NCBI GenBank assembly: GCA_963664115.2
Contig: CAXWPJ010000007.1
Coordinates: 1-64,000, forward strand
Origin: Terriglobia bacterium
GTDB lineage: Bacteria; Acidobacteriota; Terriglobia; 20CM-2-55-15
DNA: 64,000 bases
Direction of reading: 5' to 3'
Shown: positions 1 through 10,489 of the stretch, one piece after another
Layout: the number at the start of each line of letters is the position of its first letter
Position numbering within the stretch: position 1 is the stretch's first letter
The notes under the pieces: generated by a model
What the model was told of the DNA's origin: nothing
The model's input: only the letters and a program-made list of their open reading frames with translations
The model's database searches: none
Program-made: the position numbers and the translations under genes

Positions 1-66
1 TTCTGTGACTCAGCTGAACACGGTCGTCCCGTGCGGGGGGACATCACCGTTTTGGTTCGGATGTCT

Positions 67-297
67 ATGAAACAAGTCGTGCAAAACGTTCGAACAGGCC
101 ATACGGAGGTTGTAGATATACCCATTCCGGTTATCGTCCGGGAGCAGGTGCTTGTTGCAGTCGAAGCCTCGGTGATTTCAGCTGGGACGGAACGTTACAT
201 TACGGAATTGACTGGAAAGTCACTGCTGGGGAAAGCTAGGGAGCGACCAGATCATGTGAAGCGAGTGCTGCAGAAGGTCCGGACAGAAGGTCTAGCG
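67..297 (+). pseudogene. Bi-domain oxidoreductase (Zn-ADH-like + Gfo/Idh/MocA), N-terminal fragment 1
   Basis: MKQVVQNVRTG...SVISAGTE...KSLLGKARERPD is the typical N-terminus of this family; it rejoins in frame with 1904 (RTEGLA|STLRQVREKLD) after removing the IS and one AGCG. Confidence 0.85.
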
Positions 298-335
298 GAG
301 AATGTCAACAAGTTTGAGACACCTGGGTTCAGAAT

Positions 336-1337
336 TTAAGCTACCACTTGCGTCTCCGCAGGTGGGTTGATCCACACCTTTGCCGGCGGTCCAAGGATCG
401 TCCTGGGTGCGCCGACAAAACGTTCTGGATGCTCGCGACGAGCGCGATCCAAGGCACGCTGGCGTCGCTGGACGACGGGGCCGGTGCGACCGTCATGGAC
501 CATCGCCGGTGTCAGCCAGTTCAGGCCCGAATGATAGTGGACGTTGTTGTACCAGCCGAAGAAGTCGCGGCAGAACGCCGTGGCATCCTGGATGCAGCCA
601 AAGCGTTCCGGGAAGTCCGGCCGATACTTCAGCGTTTTGAACTGGGCCTCGGAGAACGGGTTGTCATCGGAGACATGCGGTCGGGAATGGGTCTTGGTCA
701 CCCCCAGATCCGAGAGCAGTAAGGCCACCACCTTCGATTTCATCGAGGACCCGCGATCCGCGTGCAGAGTCAGCTGATCCTGCTCGATCCGATGCTTGTC
801 ACAGCTTTCACGAATCAGTTTCTTGGCCAGGCCGGAAGATTCGCAGTCGGCCACCATCCAGCCCACCGCCTGGCGGCTGAAGATGTCCAAGATCACGTAC
901 AAGTAGTAGTAGGTCCACTTTCGCGGGCCCTTCAGCTTCGTTATGTCCCAACTCCAAACCTGATTCGGTCCCGTGGCCAACAGTTCCGGCTTCTCGTAGA
1001 CGGGATGACGCCGTTGGTTCCGCCGCTCGCGAACCTCCTGATTCGCATCCAGAATCCGGTACATCGTGCGTACCGAACACAGATAGCGTTCCTCGTCCAG
1101 CAGGGCCGCGGCGACCTGTGCGGGCGCCTGGTCCACGAAGCGCTCACTATGCAACACGTCGAGGACCTCTTGGCGCTCCACCCCGCTCAACGCCCGATGC
1201 GATCCGGCAGGTGTCGGCTCCACCGCGGGCGTGGCTTCCCGTCGCCGGTGGCGGTAGAGCGACGCGCGCGGAACGCCAAAGACCCGACATGCCGGCGCCG
1301 TTCCCAACTCGCCGGAGAACTTCTCGGCCGCTTCCAT
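336..1337 (-). CDS. IS3-family transposase OrfB (DDE integrase core)
   Basis: WSWDIT, HADRGS and DNPFSEAQFKTLK motifs. Confidence 0.92.
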   Translation of the reverse strand: MEAAEKFSGELGTAPACRVFGVPRASLYRHRRREATPAVEPTPAGSHRALSGVERQEVLDVLHSERFVDQAPAQVAAALLDEERYLCSVRTMYRILDANQEVRERRNQRRHPVYEKPELLATGPNQVWSWDITKLKGPRKWTYYYLYVILDIFSRQAVGWMVADCESSGLAKKLIRESCDKHRIEQDQLTLHADRGSSMKSKVVALLLSDLGVTKTHSRPHVSDDNPFSEAQFKTLKYRPDFPERFGCIQDATAFCRDFFGWYNNVHYHSGLNWLTPAMVHDGRTGPVVQRRQRALDRARREHPERFVGAPRTILGPPAKVWINPPAETQVVA

Positions 1338-1825
1338 CAGTCGTTCTCTTCGTCGTCCGGACTCTTCAGGGGGATTCCCAGGAGCGAGGCAACTTTTTTT
1401 TGGATGCCGATCACCGTTTCGGCTTGCTCCAGCTTTCTCTCGAGCCGCCGCGTCTCCCGCTTCAGTTGCGCAATGCGCTTATCCCGCGGATCCTTCGGTT
1501 GCGCTTTCGGTCCTCGCTTCGCCCCTCGACCGGCGAGCTCGCCCGCATCGTGTTGTCGCCGCCAGGTGCTCAGGCTCGACGAATACACGCCCTCCCTGCG
1601 CAGCAACGCCCCCACCTCGCCTGGCTTCGTGCACTTGTCGGCCTCCCGCACGATCCGCCTCTTATACGCGGCGGTGAACCGACGGCGTGTCGCCTTATCC
1701 GCAACCTCCGGGTCCGGGGCATCCCCGTTCCGTCCGGCCGCTTCGGGCGCAACTCCAGTCGCCCTACGGGCTCCTTCCGTTCCGCCCGATTCTTCGTTCT
1801 CGTGTTCTGCTTTGATCACCAACAC
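1337..1825 (-). CDS. IS3-family transposase OrfA (HTH)
   Basis: RRRFTAAYKRRIV...LLRREGVYSS; A8G slippery run at 1394-1401; OrfB lies in the -1 frame. Confidence 0.88.
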   Translation of the reverse strand: MLVIKAEHENEESGGTEGARRATGVAPEAAGRNGDAPDPEVADKATRRRFTAAYKRRIVREADKCTKPGEVGALLRREGVYSSSLSTWRRQHDAGELAGRGAKRGPKAQPKDPRDKRIAQLKRETRRLERKLEQAETVIGIQKKVASLLGIPLKSPDDEEND

Positions 1826-1903
1826 AGGTTACCTGCCTTCCCGCCCTTGCTCACTAATTATTGCTCAGGCAGGTGTCTCACCTACGTTGGCACAGAGGGA
1901 GCG

Positions 1904-2827
1904 TCAACACTGCGGCAGGTTCGTGAGAAGCTGGATGATGTGATGCCTCTGGGGTACTCCGCAGCGGGCACTGTCCTTGATTGTGGCGCCGCTATTCGAA
2001 AGTTCAAACCCGGCGACCGGGTCGCTGTTGCAGCTCCTCATGCGAGCGTTGTTGCTGTTGGGCAGAACCTTTGTTCCCTGATTCCAGACGGAGTTCCTTC
2101 TGATCAGGCCTCCTACGCAGGCATCGGCGCTATCGCGCTCCAGGGTGTTCGCTTGGCAAAGGTCACGCTGGGTGAGAGTGTGCTGGTGATTGGCCTCGGA
2201 TTGATTGGATTGATAGCGACTGGACTCTTGAAAGCGCAAGGATGCCGGGTGTTTGCCATCGACCTCGATGCTTCCCGGGCGGATCTGGCGAAGCGATTTG
2301 GTGCCGACACGGTGGCCTCTGAGTTCCATAGCGAGGCTATCGACAACTTCTCTCGCGGCCTTGGCGTGGATGCAGTCATTATTGCTACGGCGACTACCAG
2401 CAACGGCCCGATCGAGTTTGCTGCCGACTCGTGCCGGACCAAAGCGCGCATCGTTCTCGTAGGAACGGCGGGATTGAATATCCCACGCCCCCCCTTTTTT
2501 GACAAAGAGCTGAATTTTATCGTTTCTCATTCCCTGGGCGCTGGTCGCGGAGATCCAGTCTATGAAGACAAGGGCGTGGATTATCCGATTGGTTATGCGC
2601 GGTGGACGGCGCAGCGCAACATGGACGCCGTTCTCGACCAGATCGCCGCAAGGCACCTCGGCGTCGATCGTCTCACAACGCACAGATTCGCGGTCGAGGA
2701 TGCAGCCAAAGCGTACGATCTTCTGGTAAATCGCACCGAACGCTATCTCGGAATCGTCTTGGAGTTTCCGTCGCCACCCAAGAAACCCTTCAACCGCACG
2801 GTGCAGACGGCTAAGCCTACTACTAGA
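1904..2827 (+). pseudogene. Bi-domain oxidoreductase fragment 2 (Zn-ADH-like domain)
   Basis: PLGYSAAG, VIGLGLIG Rossmann motif, GAGRGDPVYEDKGVDYPIGYARWT. Confidence 0.88.
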
Positions 2828-4674
2828 CCCTGAACAAGCGTGATTGACGAGGAAATGATAGTGCAATAAGAGCGGAAGTACCCGAAATGCCCCCTCTCCG
2901 TGCGAAAAAAACCTTGAACAGATTCTTCGGAAAAGGAGGCATTTCAGATGAACGATTATACGCGCAAGAACATGAGGAACCGCAAGCGGCGAATCGAACG
3001 TCGGCTTGGGGACCGGCATTGGACGGATCAGGTAGAGCCGATGTTTTCGGCGAGCAACATTCAGTACGAGATGGGAGAGCGGACGCGGGGCACATCGGTT
3101 GGTGGTATCGGGACGATGCAACTGGTGGCGCGGCGGACCGGGCTGATCGAAGCCATCGACAAGGGCGTGCATGTGTTGAAGCGGCACCTGCCGTATCACG
3201 AGTCGGATCACGTGCTGAACATCGCCTACAACGCCTTGAGCGGAGGAACGTGCCTGGAAGACATCGAACTGCGGCGCAACGATGCGGTGTATCTGGATGC
3301 GCTGGGAGCGCAACGGATTCCGGATCCGACGACGGCGGGAGACTTCTGCCGGAGATTCGAGGCCGACGACGTGGAGTGTCTGATGGAGGCAACCAATCAA
3401 GTCCGGCTCGGAGTCTGGCGACAGCAACCGGCGGCGTTTTTCGAAGAAGCGGTGTTGGACGCGGACGGGACACTGGCCGAAACCACGGGGGAATGCAAGC
3501 AAGGGATGGACGTGGCCTACGACGGGACGTGGGGATATCACCCGCTGATGATCTCGCTGGCCAACACCGCCGAACCGCTGTATCTGGTCAATCGTAGCGG
3601 CAACCGGCCGTCGCATGAAGGAGCCGCGGTCCGGTTCGACCAAGCCATCGCATTGTGCCGGCATGCGGGGTTTCGCCAGATCCTGCTGCGCGGGGACACG
3701 GACTTCAGCCAGACCCGGCATCTGGACGGATGGGACGACCAGCAGGTGGGTTTCATATTCGGGATTGACGCGATGGCGAACCTGAAGGCCCGGGCCGATG
3801 AACTGGAGCCGCGCCAGTGGAAGCGCCTGGAACGGCCCGCGAAATACGACGTGGCGACCGAACCGCGCCAACGTCCCGACAACGTGAAGGAAGAGATCGT
3901 TCGGCAGCGCGGTTTCGACAATATCCGCTTGCAGGGTGAGGATGTGGCCGAGTTTCGGTATCGACCCGGAGCCTGCGATCGGGACTACCGTGTCGTCGTG
4001 GTGCGGAAGAATCTGTCGGTGGCCAAAGGAGAGCAGGTGTTGTTTGACGACATCCGGTACTTCTTCTACATTACCAACCGTTCGGATCCGGCCGACCAGA
4101 TTGTGATGCGTGCCAATCAACGGTGCAATCAGGAGAATCTCATTGAGCAGTTGAAGAACGGCGTTCAGGCGTTGCGGATGCCGGTCGGAGATCAGACCAG
4201 CAACTGGGCCTACATGGTGATCGCGTCACTGGCCTGGACACTGAAAGCGTGGTTTGCATTGCTGCTTCCCGAAACCGGACGTTGGGGCCAAAAATATCAG
4301 GCTGAGAAGCAAACCGTGCTGCGCATGGAGTTCAAAACCTTCTTGAACGCTTTCATGCTTGTGCCGTGCCAACTCGTGCGCACCGGGCGGCGCATTCTGT
4401 TCCGGATCCTGGCCTGGAACCGGTGGTTGCCGGTCTTGTTCCGCGGGGTGGATGTGTTGCGTCAGCCTCTGCGATGTTGACCCGATCATGACTCTGAGCC
4501 CGGGCGATCGAGGTCCCGGTTTCTGTCAACCGTCCAACACCAGCGAGGCCGAACTGAAACAGATTCAACAGAAACTCGATACCTGGAACAGGCCATCCGG
4601 GAACGGGATTCTATGCCTCGAATTCTATCGGCGCGAACTGGGCCTCGGCGGACTGGTTATGCGCTTGTTTTGGG
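2828..4674 (+). mobile_element. IS1380-family element, complete copy
   Basis: IRs CCCTGAACAAGCG / rc CCCAAAACAAGCG; ACTAGA duplicated at 2822-2827 and 4675-4680. Confidence 0.9.
2948..4480 (+). CDS. IS1380-family transposase
   Basis: LDADGT, GYHPL, LRGDTDF and ENLIEQLK motifs; 510 aa. Confidence 0.92.
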   Translation: MNDYTRKNMRNRKRRIERRLGDRHWTDQVEPMFSASNIQYEMGERTRGTSVGGIGTMQLVARRTGLIEAIDKGVHVLKRHLPYHESDHVLNIAYNALSGGTCLEDIELRRNDAVYLDALGAQRIPDPTTAGDFCRRFEADDVECLMEATNQVRLGVWRQQPAAFFEEAVLDADGTLAETTGECKQGMDVAYDGTWGYHPLMISLANTAEPLYLVNRSGNRPSHEGAAVRFDQAIALCRHAGFRQILLRGDTDFSQTRHLDGWDDQQVGFIFGIDAMANLKARADELEPRQWKRLERPAKYDVATEPRQRPDNVKEEIVRQRGFDNIRLQGEDVAEFRYRPGACDRDYRVVVVRKNLSVAKGEQVLFDDIRYFFYITNRSDPADQIVMRANQRCNQENLIEQLKNGVQALRMPVGDQTSNWAYMVIASLAWTLKAWFALLLPETGRWGQKYQAEKQTVLRMEFKTFLNAFMLVPCQLVRTGRRILFRILAWNRWLPVLFRGVDVLRQPLRC

Positions 4675-4680
4675 ACTAGA

Positions 4681-5314
4681 GACGGGTTGCGTGTCAGCAT
4701 GATCGGTGCTGGAAATTTTGGCCGTCTCGTCATGTTGCCGCATTTGAAGTCAATCAAGGGAGTGAAGTTTCGAGGGATATGTACCGCAAAGGGTCTCTCT
4801 GCATCCCACGTCGCGAACAAGTACGGTTTTGAATATGCAACAGCTGACGCTGAAGAAGTATTTTCAGATAAAGACACCGATGCCGTGCTCATTCTGACTC
4901 GACATGATCTCCACGCGGATCTTGTTAGCGGCGCTTTGGGGGCCGGGAAACATGTTTTCGTCGAGAAGCCTCTCTGCATTACATCCAGCGATCTCACGCG
5001 CCTTTCTGAAGAGGTGGATAGTCTTCCAGCCTCGGCTCCAACACTCCTGGTTGGATTTAATAGACGGTTTTCTCCAGCACTTTCACATATTAAAGGTCAC
5101 TTTGAAGACGTAGCTCCGCTAAGTGTTTCGTATCGCTTCGTGTCCCCCACGCTTTCGTCCGAAACTTGGCAACAAGACATGGAGGTCGGGGGCGGTCGGA
5201 TTATCGGCGAAGCTTGCCATGCCGTAGACTTCTGCATCGCAGTGACGGAGAGTCCCGCGGTGAAGGTGTTTGCGGAGTCCGTGAGGCCAGTCGGTTCACT
5301 AAAAACGCCCGACG
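4681..5314 (+). pseudogene. Bi-domain oxidoreductase fragment 3 (Gfo/Idh/MocA domain, C-terminus lost)
   Basis: IGAGNFG, HVFVEKP, VGFNRRF, GGGRIIGEACH; in frame with fragment 2 across the IS1380; ends abruptly in IS DNA. Confidence 0.88.
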
Positions 5315-5468
5315 ACCGTCCAACACCAGCGAGGCTGAACTGAAACAGATTCAACAGAAACTCGATACCTGGAAAGAACAAACAGGCCATCCGGGAACGG
5401 GATTCTATGCCTCGAATTCTATCGGCGCGAACTGGGCCTCGGCGGACTGGTTATGCGCTTGTTTTGGG
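5315..5468 (+). mobile_element. Isolated right-end fragment of IS1380
   Basis: Near-identical to 4529-4674 with an 8-bp extra segment; ends in the right IR followed by ACTAGT. Confidence 0.85.
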
Positions 5469-5505
5469 ACTAGTTGGAGCCGACGAACACGGCGACACTA
5501 GTAGA

Positions 5506-7064
5506 CCCTGAACAAGCGTGATTGACGAGGAAATGATAGTGCAATAAGAGCGGAAGTACCCGAAATGCCCCCTCTCCGTGCGAAAAAAACCTTGAACAGA
5601 TTCTTCGGAAAAGGAGGCATTTCAGATGAACGATTATACGCGCAAGAACATGAGGAACCGCAAGCGGCGAATCGAACGTCGGCTTGGGGACCGGCATTGG
5701 ACGGATCAGGTAGAGCCGATGTTTTCGGCGAGCAACATTCAGTACGAGATGGGAGAGCGGACGCGGGGCACATCGGTTGGTGGTATCGGGACGATGCAAC
5801 TGGTGGCGCGGCGGACCGGGCTGATCGAAGCCATCGACAAGGGCGTGCATGTGTTGAAGCGGCACCTGCCGTATCACGAGTCGGATCACGTGCTGAACAT
5901 CGCCTACAACGCCTTGAGCGGAGGAACGTGCCTGGAAGACATCGAACTGCGGCGCAACGATGCGGTGTATCTGGATGCGCTGGGAGCGCAACGGATTCCG
6001 GATCCGACGACGGCGGGAGACTTCTGCCGGAGATTCGAGGCCGACGACGTGGAGTGTCTGATGGAGGCAACCAATCAAGTCCGGCTCGGAGTCTGGCGAC
6101 AGCAACCGGCGGCGTTTTTCGAAGAAGCGGTGTTGGACGCGGACGGGACACTGGCCGAAACCACGGGGGAATGCAAGCAAGGGATGGACGTGGCCTACGA
6201 CGGGACGTGGGGATATCACCCGCTGATGATCTCGCTGGCCAACACCGCCGAACCGCTGTATCTGGTCAATCGTAGCGGCAACCGGCCGTCGCATGAAGGA
6301 GCCGCGGTCCGGTTCGACCAAGCCATCGCATTGTGCCGGCATGCGGGGTTTCGCCAGATCCTGCTGCGCGGGGACACGGACTTCAGCCAGACCCGGCATC
6401 TGGACGGATGGGACGACCAGCAGGTGGGTTTCATATTCGGGATTGACGCGATGGCGAACCTGAAGGCCCGGGCCGATGAACTGGAGCCGCGCCAGTGGAA
6501 GCGCCTGGAACGGCCCGCGAAATACGACGTGGCGACCGAACCGCGCCAACGTCCCGACAACGTGAAGGAAGAGATCGTTCGGCAGCGCGGTTTCGACAAT
6601 ATCCGCTTGCAGGGTGAGGATGTGGCCGAGTTTCGGTATCGACCCGGAGCCTGCGATCGGGACTACCGTGTCGTCGTGGTGCGGAAGAATCTGTCGGTGG
6701 CCAAAGGAGAGCAGGTGTTGTTTGACGACATCCGGTACTTCTTCTACATTACCAACCGTTCGGATCCGGCCGACCAGATTGTGATGCGTGCCAATCAACG
6801 GTGCAATCAGGAGAATCTCATTGAGCAGTTGAAGAACGGCGTTCAGGCGTTGCGGATGCCGGTCGGAGATCAGACCAGCAACTGGGCCTACATGGTGATC
6901 GCGTCACTGGCCTGGACACTGAAAGCGTGGTTTGCATTGCTGCTTCCCGAAACCGGACGTTGGGGCCAAAAATATCAGGCTGAGAAGCAAACCGTGCTGC
7001 GCATGGAGTTCAAAACCTTCTTGAACGCTTTCATGCTTGTGCCGTGCCAACTCGTGCGCACCGG
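5506..7064 (+). mobile_element. IS1380 second copy, 3'-truncated (transposase ORF 5626-7149 has a foreign C-terminus)
   Basis: Matches copy 1 from the left IR up to ...GTGCGCACCGG, then ACTAGA and hsdS sequence. Confidence 0.9.
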
Positions 7065-7147
7065 ACTAGATCACGTACGCGCAGTACCTCCCACTCCTTC
7101 GGAATCACACCCACCTCGGTCTGCTTGTAGCCCGGCCTCACTTCCAT
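7065..7147 (-). pseudogene. hsdS: Type I RM specificity subunit, first ~27 codons only
   Basis: MEVRPGYKQTEVGVIPKEWEV is a classic HsdS start and overlaps the hsdM stop; cut by IS1380. Confidence 0.85.
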
Positions 7148-9865
7148 GAGAAACCCATCCGTGTGAGGTGTCCGTTGACTTTCTGCTCTAGGTCGGTCAT
7201 CTTGTTGACCATTTTCGGGAGCGGAGTTTTGTAGCGTTCGGCCAACTCCTTCACGCGCTTTGTGAGGGCCTGGCTGATTCGGTCCATTTCGCTGTGAATG
7301 GTGGCATCGAGCGCATCGAGCCATTTGTCGTCGACCACTAGAGTCTTGATTTCATCTTCCGTCAGCTCGGGATACTTGGCATAGGCTTTGGCATCAAGTT
7401 TGGCCTCCGCTTGTTTCAGTTTCGTTTTCTGCTCGCTAATTTCATCTGTTTGTTCGAGGTAAGCACCAAGCACGCACAGATCATCGAGGTCTTCATCGTT
7501 GGGTTCCGCTTGGAGTCGTTTCCGGATAGAAGTTGTCTCTTTCGCTAAGAGGTCCGAGACGGCCTTCTTGGCTTTCTTTTCTTCGGCCGTTCTTGCCTTG
7601 TACTGTTCGAGCAGGGCAAGTTCGTCAGGGTCGTCTGAGGCTTTCAGACGGGCGTTGAGGCTTTTCTGGGTAATTTTCCCTTTAGCATTGGTAAGCGCCG
7701 CGAGGTGCGGCTCGGCTGTTAGTTCCATCAGACCTTGCCGTGCTTCGTCTCGCTCCACCACGGCCTGCATGTATCGCTCAAACGTCTTCGCATTAGAGGA
7801 CTGCCATATGCTGAGAAGTGCTTCATGCCAAGAACTTAGTGCTTCGGTCTTGTTATCCACCCCATTGAGTGTGCCTTCTTCGCCGCCGTGTTCCTCTTCC
7901 AACTCCGTCAGTCTTGCTTGGAGAGTTTCTAATTCGTCCTCGTGCTCGCGAATGATGTCCCGCGCATCGGGGAAATAGCGGTTCACTATGAGTTGCTTTG
8001 GCACCAGATCGCAGGTCCAGCCAACGTCCTTCTCCTGCCCCTTCTTCTTGCCATTCTTGATCTTTTCCAGGACACGGTAGGTTTCGACTGCCCAACCGTC
8101 AACGGCAATGATGTAACAGTCGTCCTGCATGGTCTCGTCCCAGTAGTCCATGAGGCGTTGGTAAACGTCGTAGGGATCGATCAGCGGCTTGTTCCCGTAA
8201 TGAGCTAGGAGGTCGTCGGAGAGGGCGGCAATGGTTTCCTTCGGATGGCAGCCGGTTTCCAACGCCTTGAGCGTCCCGGCGGACTTTTGCCGCCACTCAG
8301 CGAAATGGGTGTTCATTCCTTCGATGAAGGCGGGGAACTCCGGGTGCTCGTAAATGGCGGACTTTATAGCTGTCTTGTCGACGGCGAGGTCGAGGTAGCC
8401 AGGCCGGTTTCCTTTGAACAAGACCTTCTGTAGCTGAGGGCAAACGTTCCAGTAGCGATCAAGCGCATCGACATCATCAGCAGGGATACCGCCGCGGAGA
8501 TGTCCTTCGATGTCCTGGAGGTCCTCGGGAGTCTGACTGTCGATATAGCGCGGCAGATTGAGGTTGAACTCGTTCTTCTCGATCTCCTCAAATGAGACCA
8601 TCCGTGCGTACTTCGGGACTTCGAGCTGCTTATCGAAGACATCCACTATCTTGTGAATGTCCTGAGAGCGGAGTCGGTTCTTGGGGCCGTCCTTCATAAA
8701 ACTCGCGCTGGCGTCGACCATGAAGATACCTTTACGGGCTTGGGCGTCCTGTTTGTCGACGACGACGATGCAAGCTGGGATCCCGGTGCCGTAGAACAGG
8801 TTTGCCGGTAGGCCAATGATTCCTTTGATGTAGCCCCGGCGAACCAGATTGCGGCGGATGTCTTCTTCGGCATGGCCCCGGAACAGCACTCCGTGCGGCA
8901 GAACGCAAGCTCCCGTTCCGGTGCTTCTGAGCGAACGAACGATGTGAAGTAGGTAGGCATAATCGCCCTGTTTGGCCGGTGGAACGCCGAACCGCGTGAA
9001 GCGTTCGTAGGGATCCTTCAGTGGATCGAGACCCGTGCTCCAGCGTTTGTCGGAAAAGGGCGGATTGGCGATGACGTAGTCGAACGTCTTGAGCGTGTCG
9101 CCGTCCTTGAACTTCGGATCGGTCAGCGTATTACCTTGCCTGATGAGAGCCGTCGGGCTGTCGTGCAGGATCATGTTCATCCGCGCGAGACCGCTCGTGG
9201 CGGCGTCCTTTTCTTGCCCGTAGATCGTGACGTCGGTGCTGGCCTCGTCGCCTACCTTGAGTAGCAACGAACCTGAACCGCAGGTCGGATCGTAGACCGT
9301 CGTGTCGCTGCTAGTCTTCGCTTCTCGGATGCCGACGATCTGCGCGATGATGCGGCTAACTTCGGCGGGGGTGTAGAACTGGCCCTTGCTCTTGCCGCTC
9401 TCGGTGGCGAAGTGCCGCATTAGATATTCGTAGGCGTCGCCCAAGATGTCGTCGTCGTCGGCACGGTTCTTCGAGAAGTCGAGCGCGGGGTTCTCAAAGA
9501 TCGCGATCAGGTTGGTGAGCCGTTCCACCCTTCTCCTTGCCATCACCGAGTTTGGTTGGGTCGTTGAAGTCCGGAAAATCGGACTGAGAAAGCTGTTGGT
9601 TGGCCTTTGCAAGTGGTCCAACGATCTTTTTGTTGATGTCGTCGCCGATGTCCTTCGTGCCCTTGAGCGCGACCATATCCTTGAAGCTCGCGCCGTCGGG
9701 AATGACGATCGGGGCGTACGCCTCGCCGGCGTATTTGTCGCTGACGTATTTGATGAAGAGCAGGACAAGGACGTAGTCCTTGTATTGAGAGGCGTCCATG
9801 CCGCCACGCAGTTCGTCGCAGCTACTCCAGAGCGAGCTGTAGAGTTCAGATTTCTTTAGAGCCAT
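7138..9865 (-). pseudogene. hsdM: Type I RM methyltransferase M subunit with one frameshift (~9528-9530)
   Basis: MALKKSELYSSLWSSCDELRGGMD in ORF 9494-9865; GQFYTP, DPTCGSG and NPPF in ORF 7138-9807; deleting one G restores LGDGKEKVERLTNL. Confidence 0.9.
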
Positions 9866-10075
9866 GAACGGTTTTCTATTCCTTCCACGCGGATATCGCC
9901 ACCGAGCCGTTCGATCGAAGAGATCGACTACCTTGAGTGGCGCGGGAGGGCTACTTCAGATGATTTCCAGGTCTGCGCCCACAATCCCAGTGAACTTACA
10001 GTATAGAAAGACGTCAAACGGGTAAAGATCCTTGTTCTCAGTACCTTGAATATATCGATTGCCGCCGAACCAAGC

Positions 10076-10390
10076 TCATTGATCGGCAAGCGACCGCATC
10101 ACACTATCCACAATAGCGTCGATCTCGTCCTTACTGATCGGCTCCTGCCGATACCGTTCCATCCACCGATCCAGATCCGACCGTTTGACCAGGATCTTCC
10201 CGCCCGGCCGGTAGTGCCGGATCTCCTTGAGTCGAGATTGGAGCGTCCGGCGGCTCAGGCCGAGGTACTTCGCGGCTTCTGTCAGGGGCATGTAGCGGTC
10301 GGTTTCGAGGTATTCTAAGATTTCAGGGACCGAGACTGTGCCATGCACATCCGCGTGGCGGCCACAGGTCGGACATGGTTGCTGTTTCAC
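10076..10390 (-). CDS. Excisionase-like helix-turn-helix protein
   Basis: YMPLTEAAKYLGLSRRTL...GKILVKRSDLDRW. Confidence 0.8.
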   Translation of the reverse strand: MKQQPCPTCGRHADVHGTVSVPEILEYLETDRYMPLTEAAKYLGLSRRTLQSRLKEIRHYRPGGKILVKRSDLDRWMERYRQEPISKDEIDAIVDSVMRSLADQ

Positions 10391-10489
10391 AAGTAGTGTC
10401 CTTCGGAGTGTGTGGATGTGAGCTGGTCGAGTGTGACTTTGAATTCGATGAATAAGTGTAGGATTGGCTTTCGTTAGTACACGGAGTGT

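Larger units (their letters stand above)
298..1899 (-). mobile_element. IS3-family insertion sequence
   Basis: Imperfect 23-bp IRs TGTCAACAAGTTTGAGACACCTG (303-325) / TGCCAACGTAGGTGAGACACCTG (rc 1870-1892); AGCG duplication at 294-297 and 1900-1903; orfA/orfB. Confidence 0.9.

Noticed and set aside
1118-2833. 571-aa ORF as a single gene
   Set aside because: It is a chimera of antisense IS3 sequence read into oxidoreductase fragment 2
1904-4120. 738-aa and 442-aa (5470-6798) minus-strand ORFs
   Set aside because: They are antisense shadows of the IS1380 transposase and recur with the IS
9904-9910. GAGCCGT as the left att of the tRNA-Lys island
   Set aside because: A 7-bp match is expected by chance and does not extend
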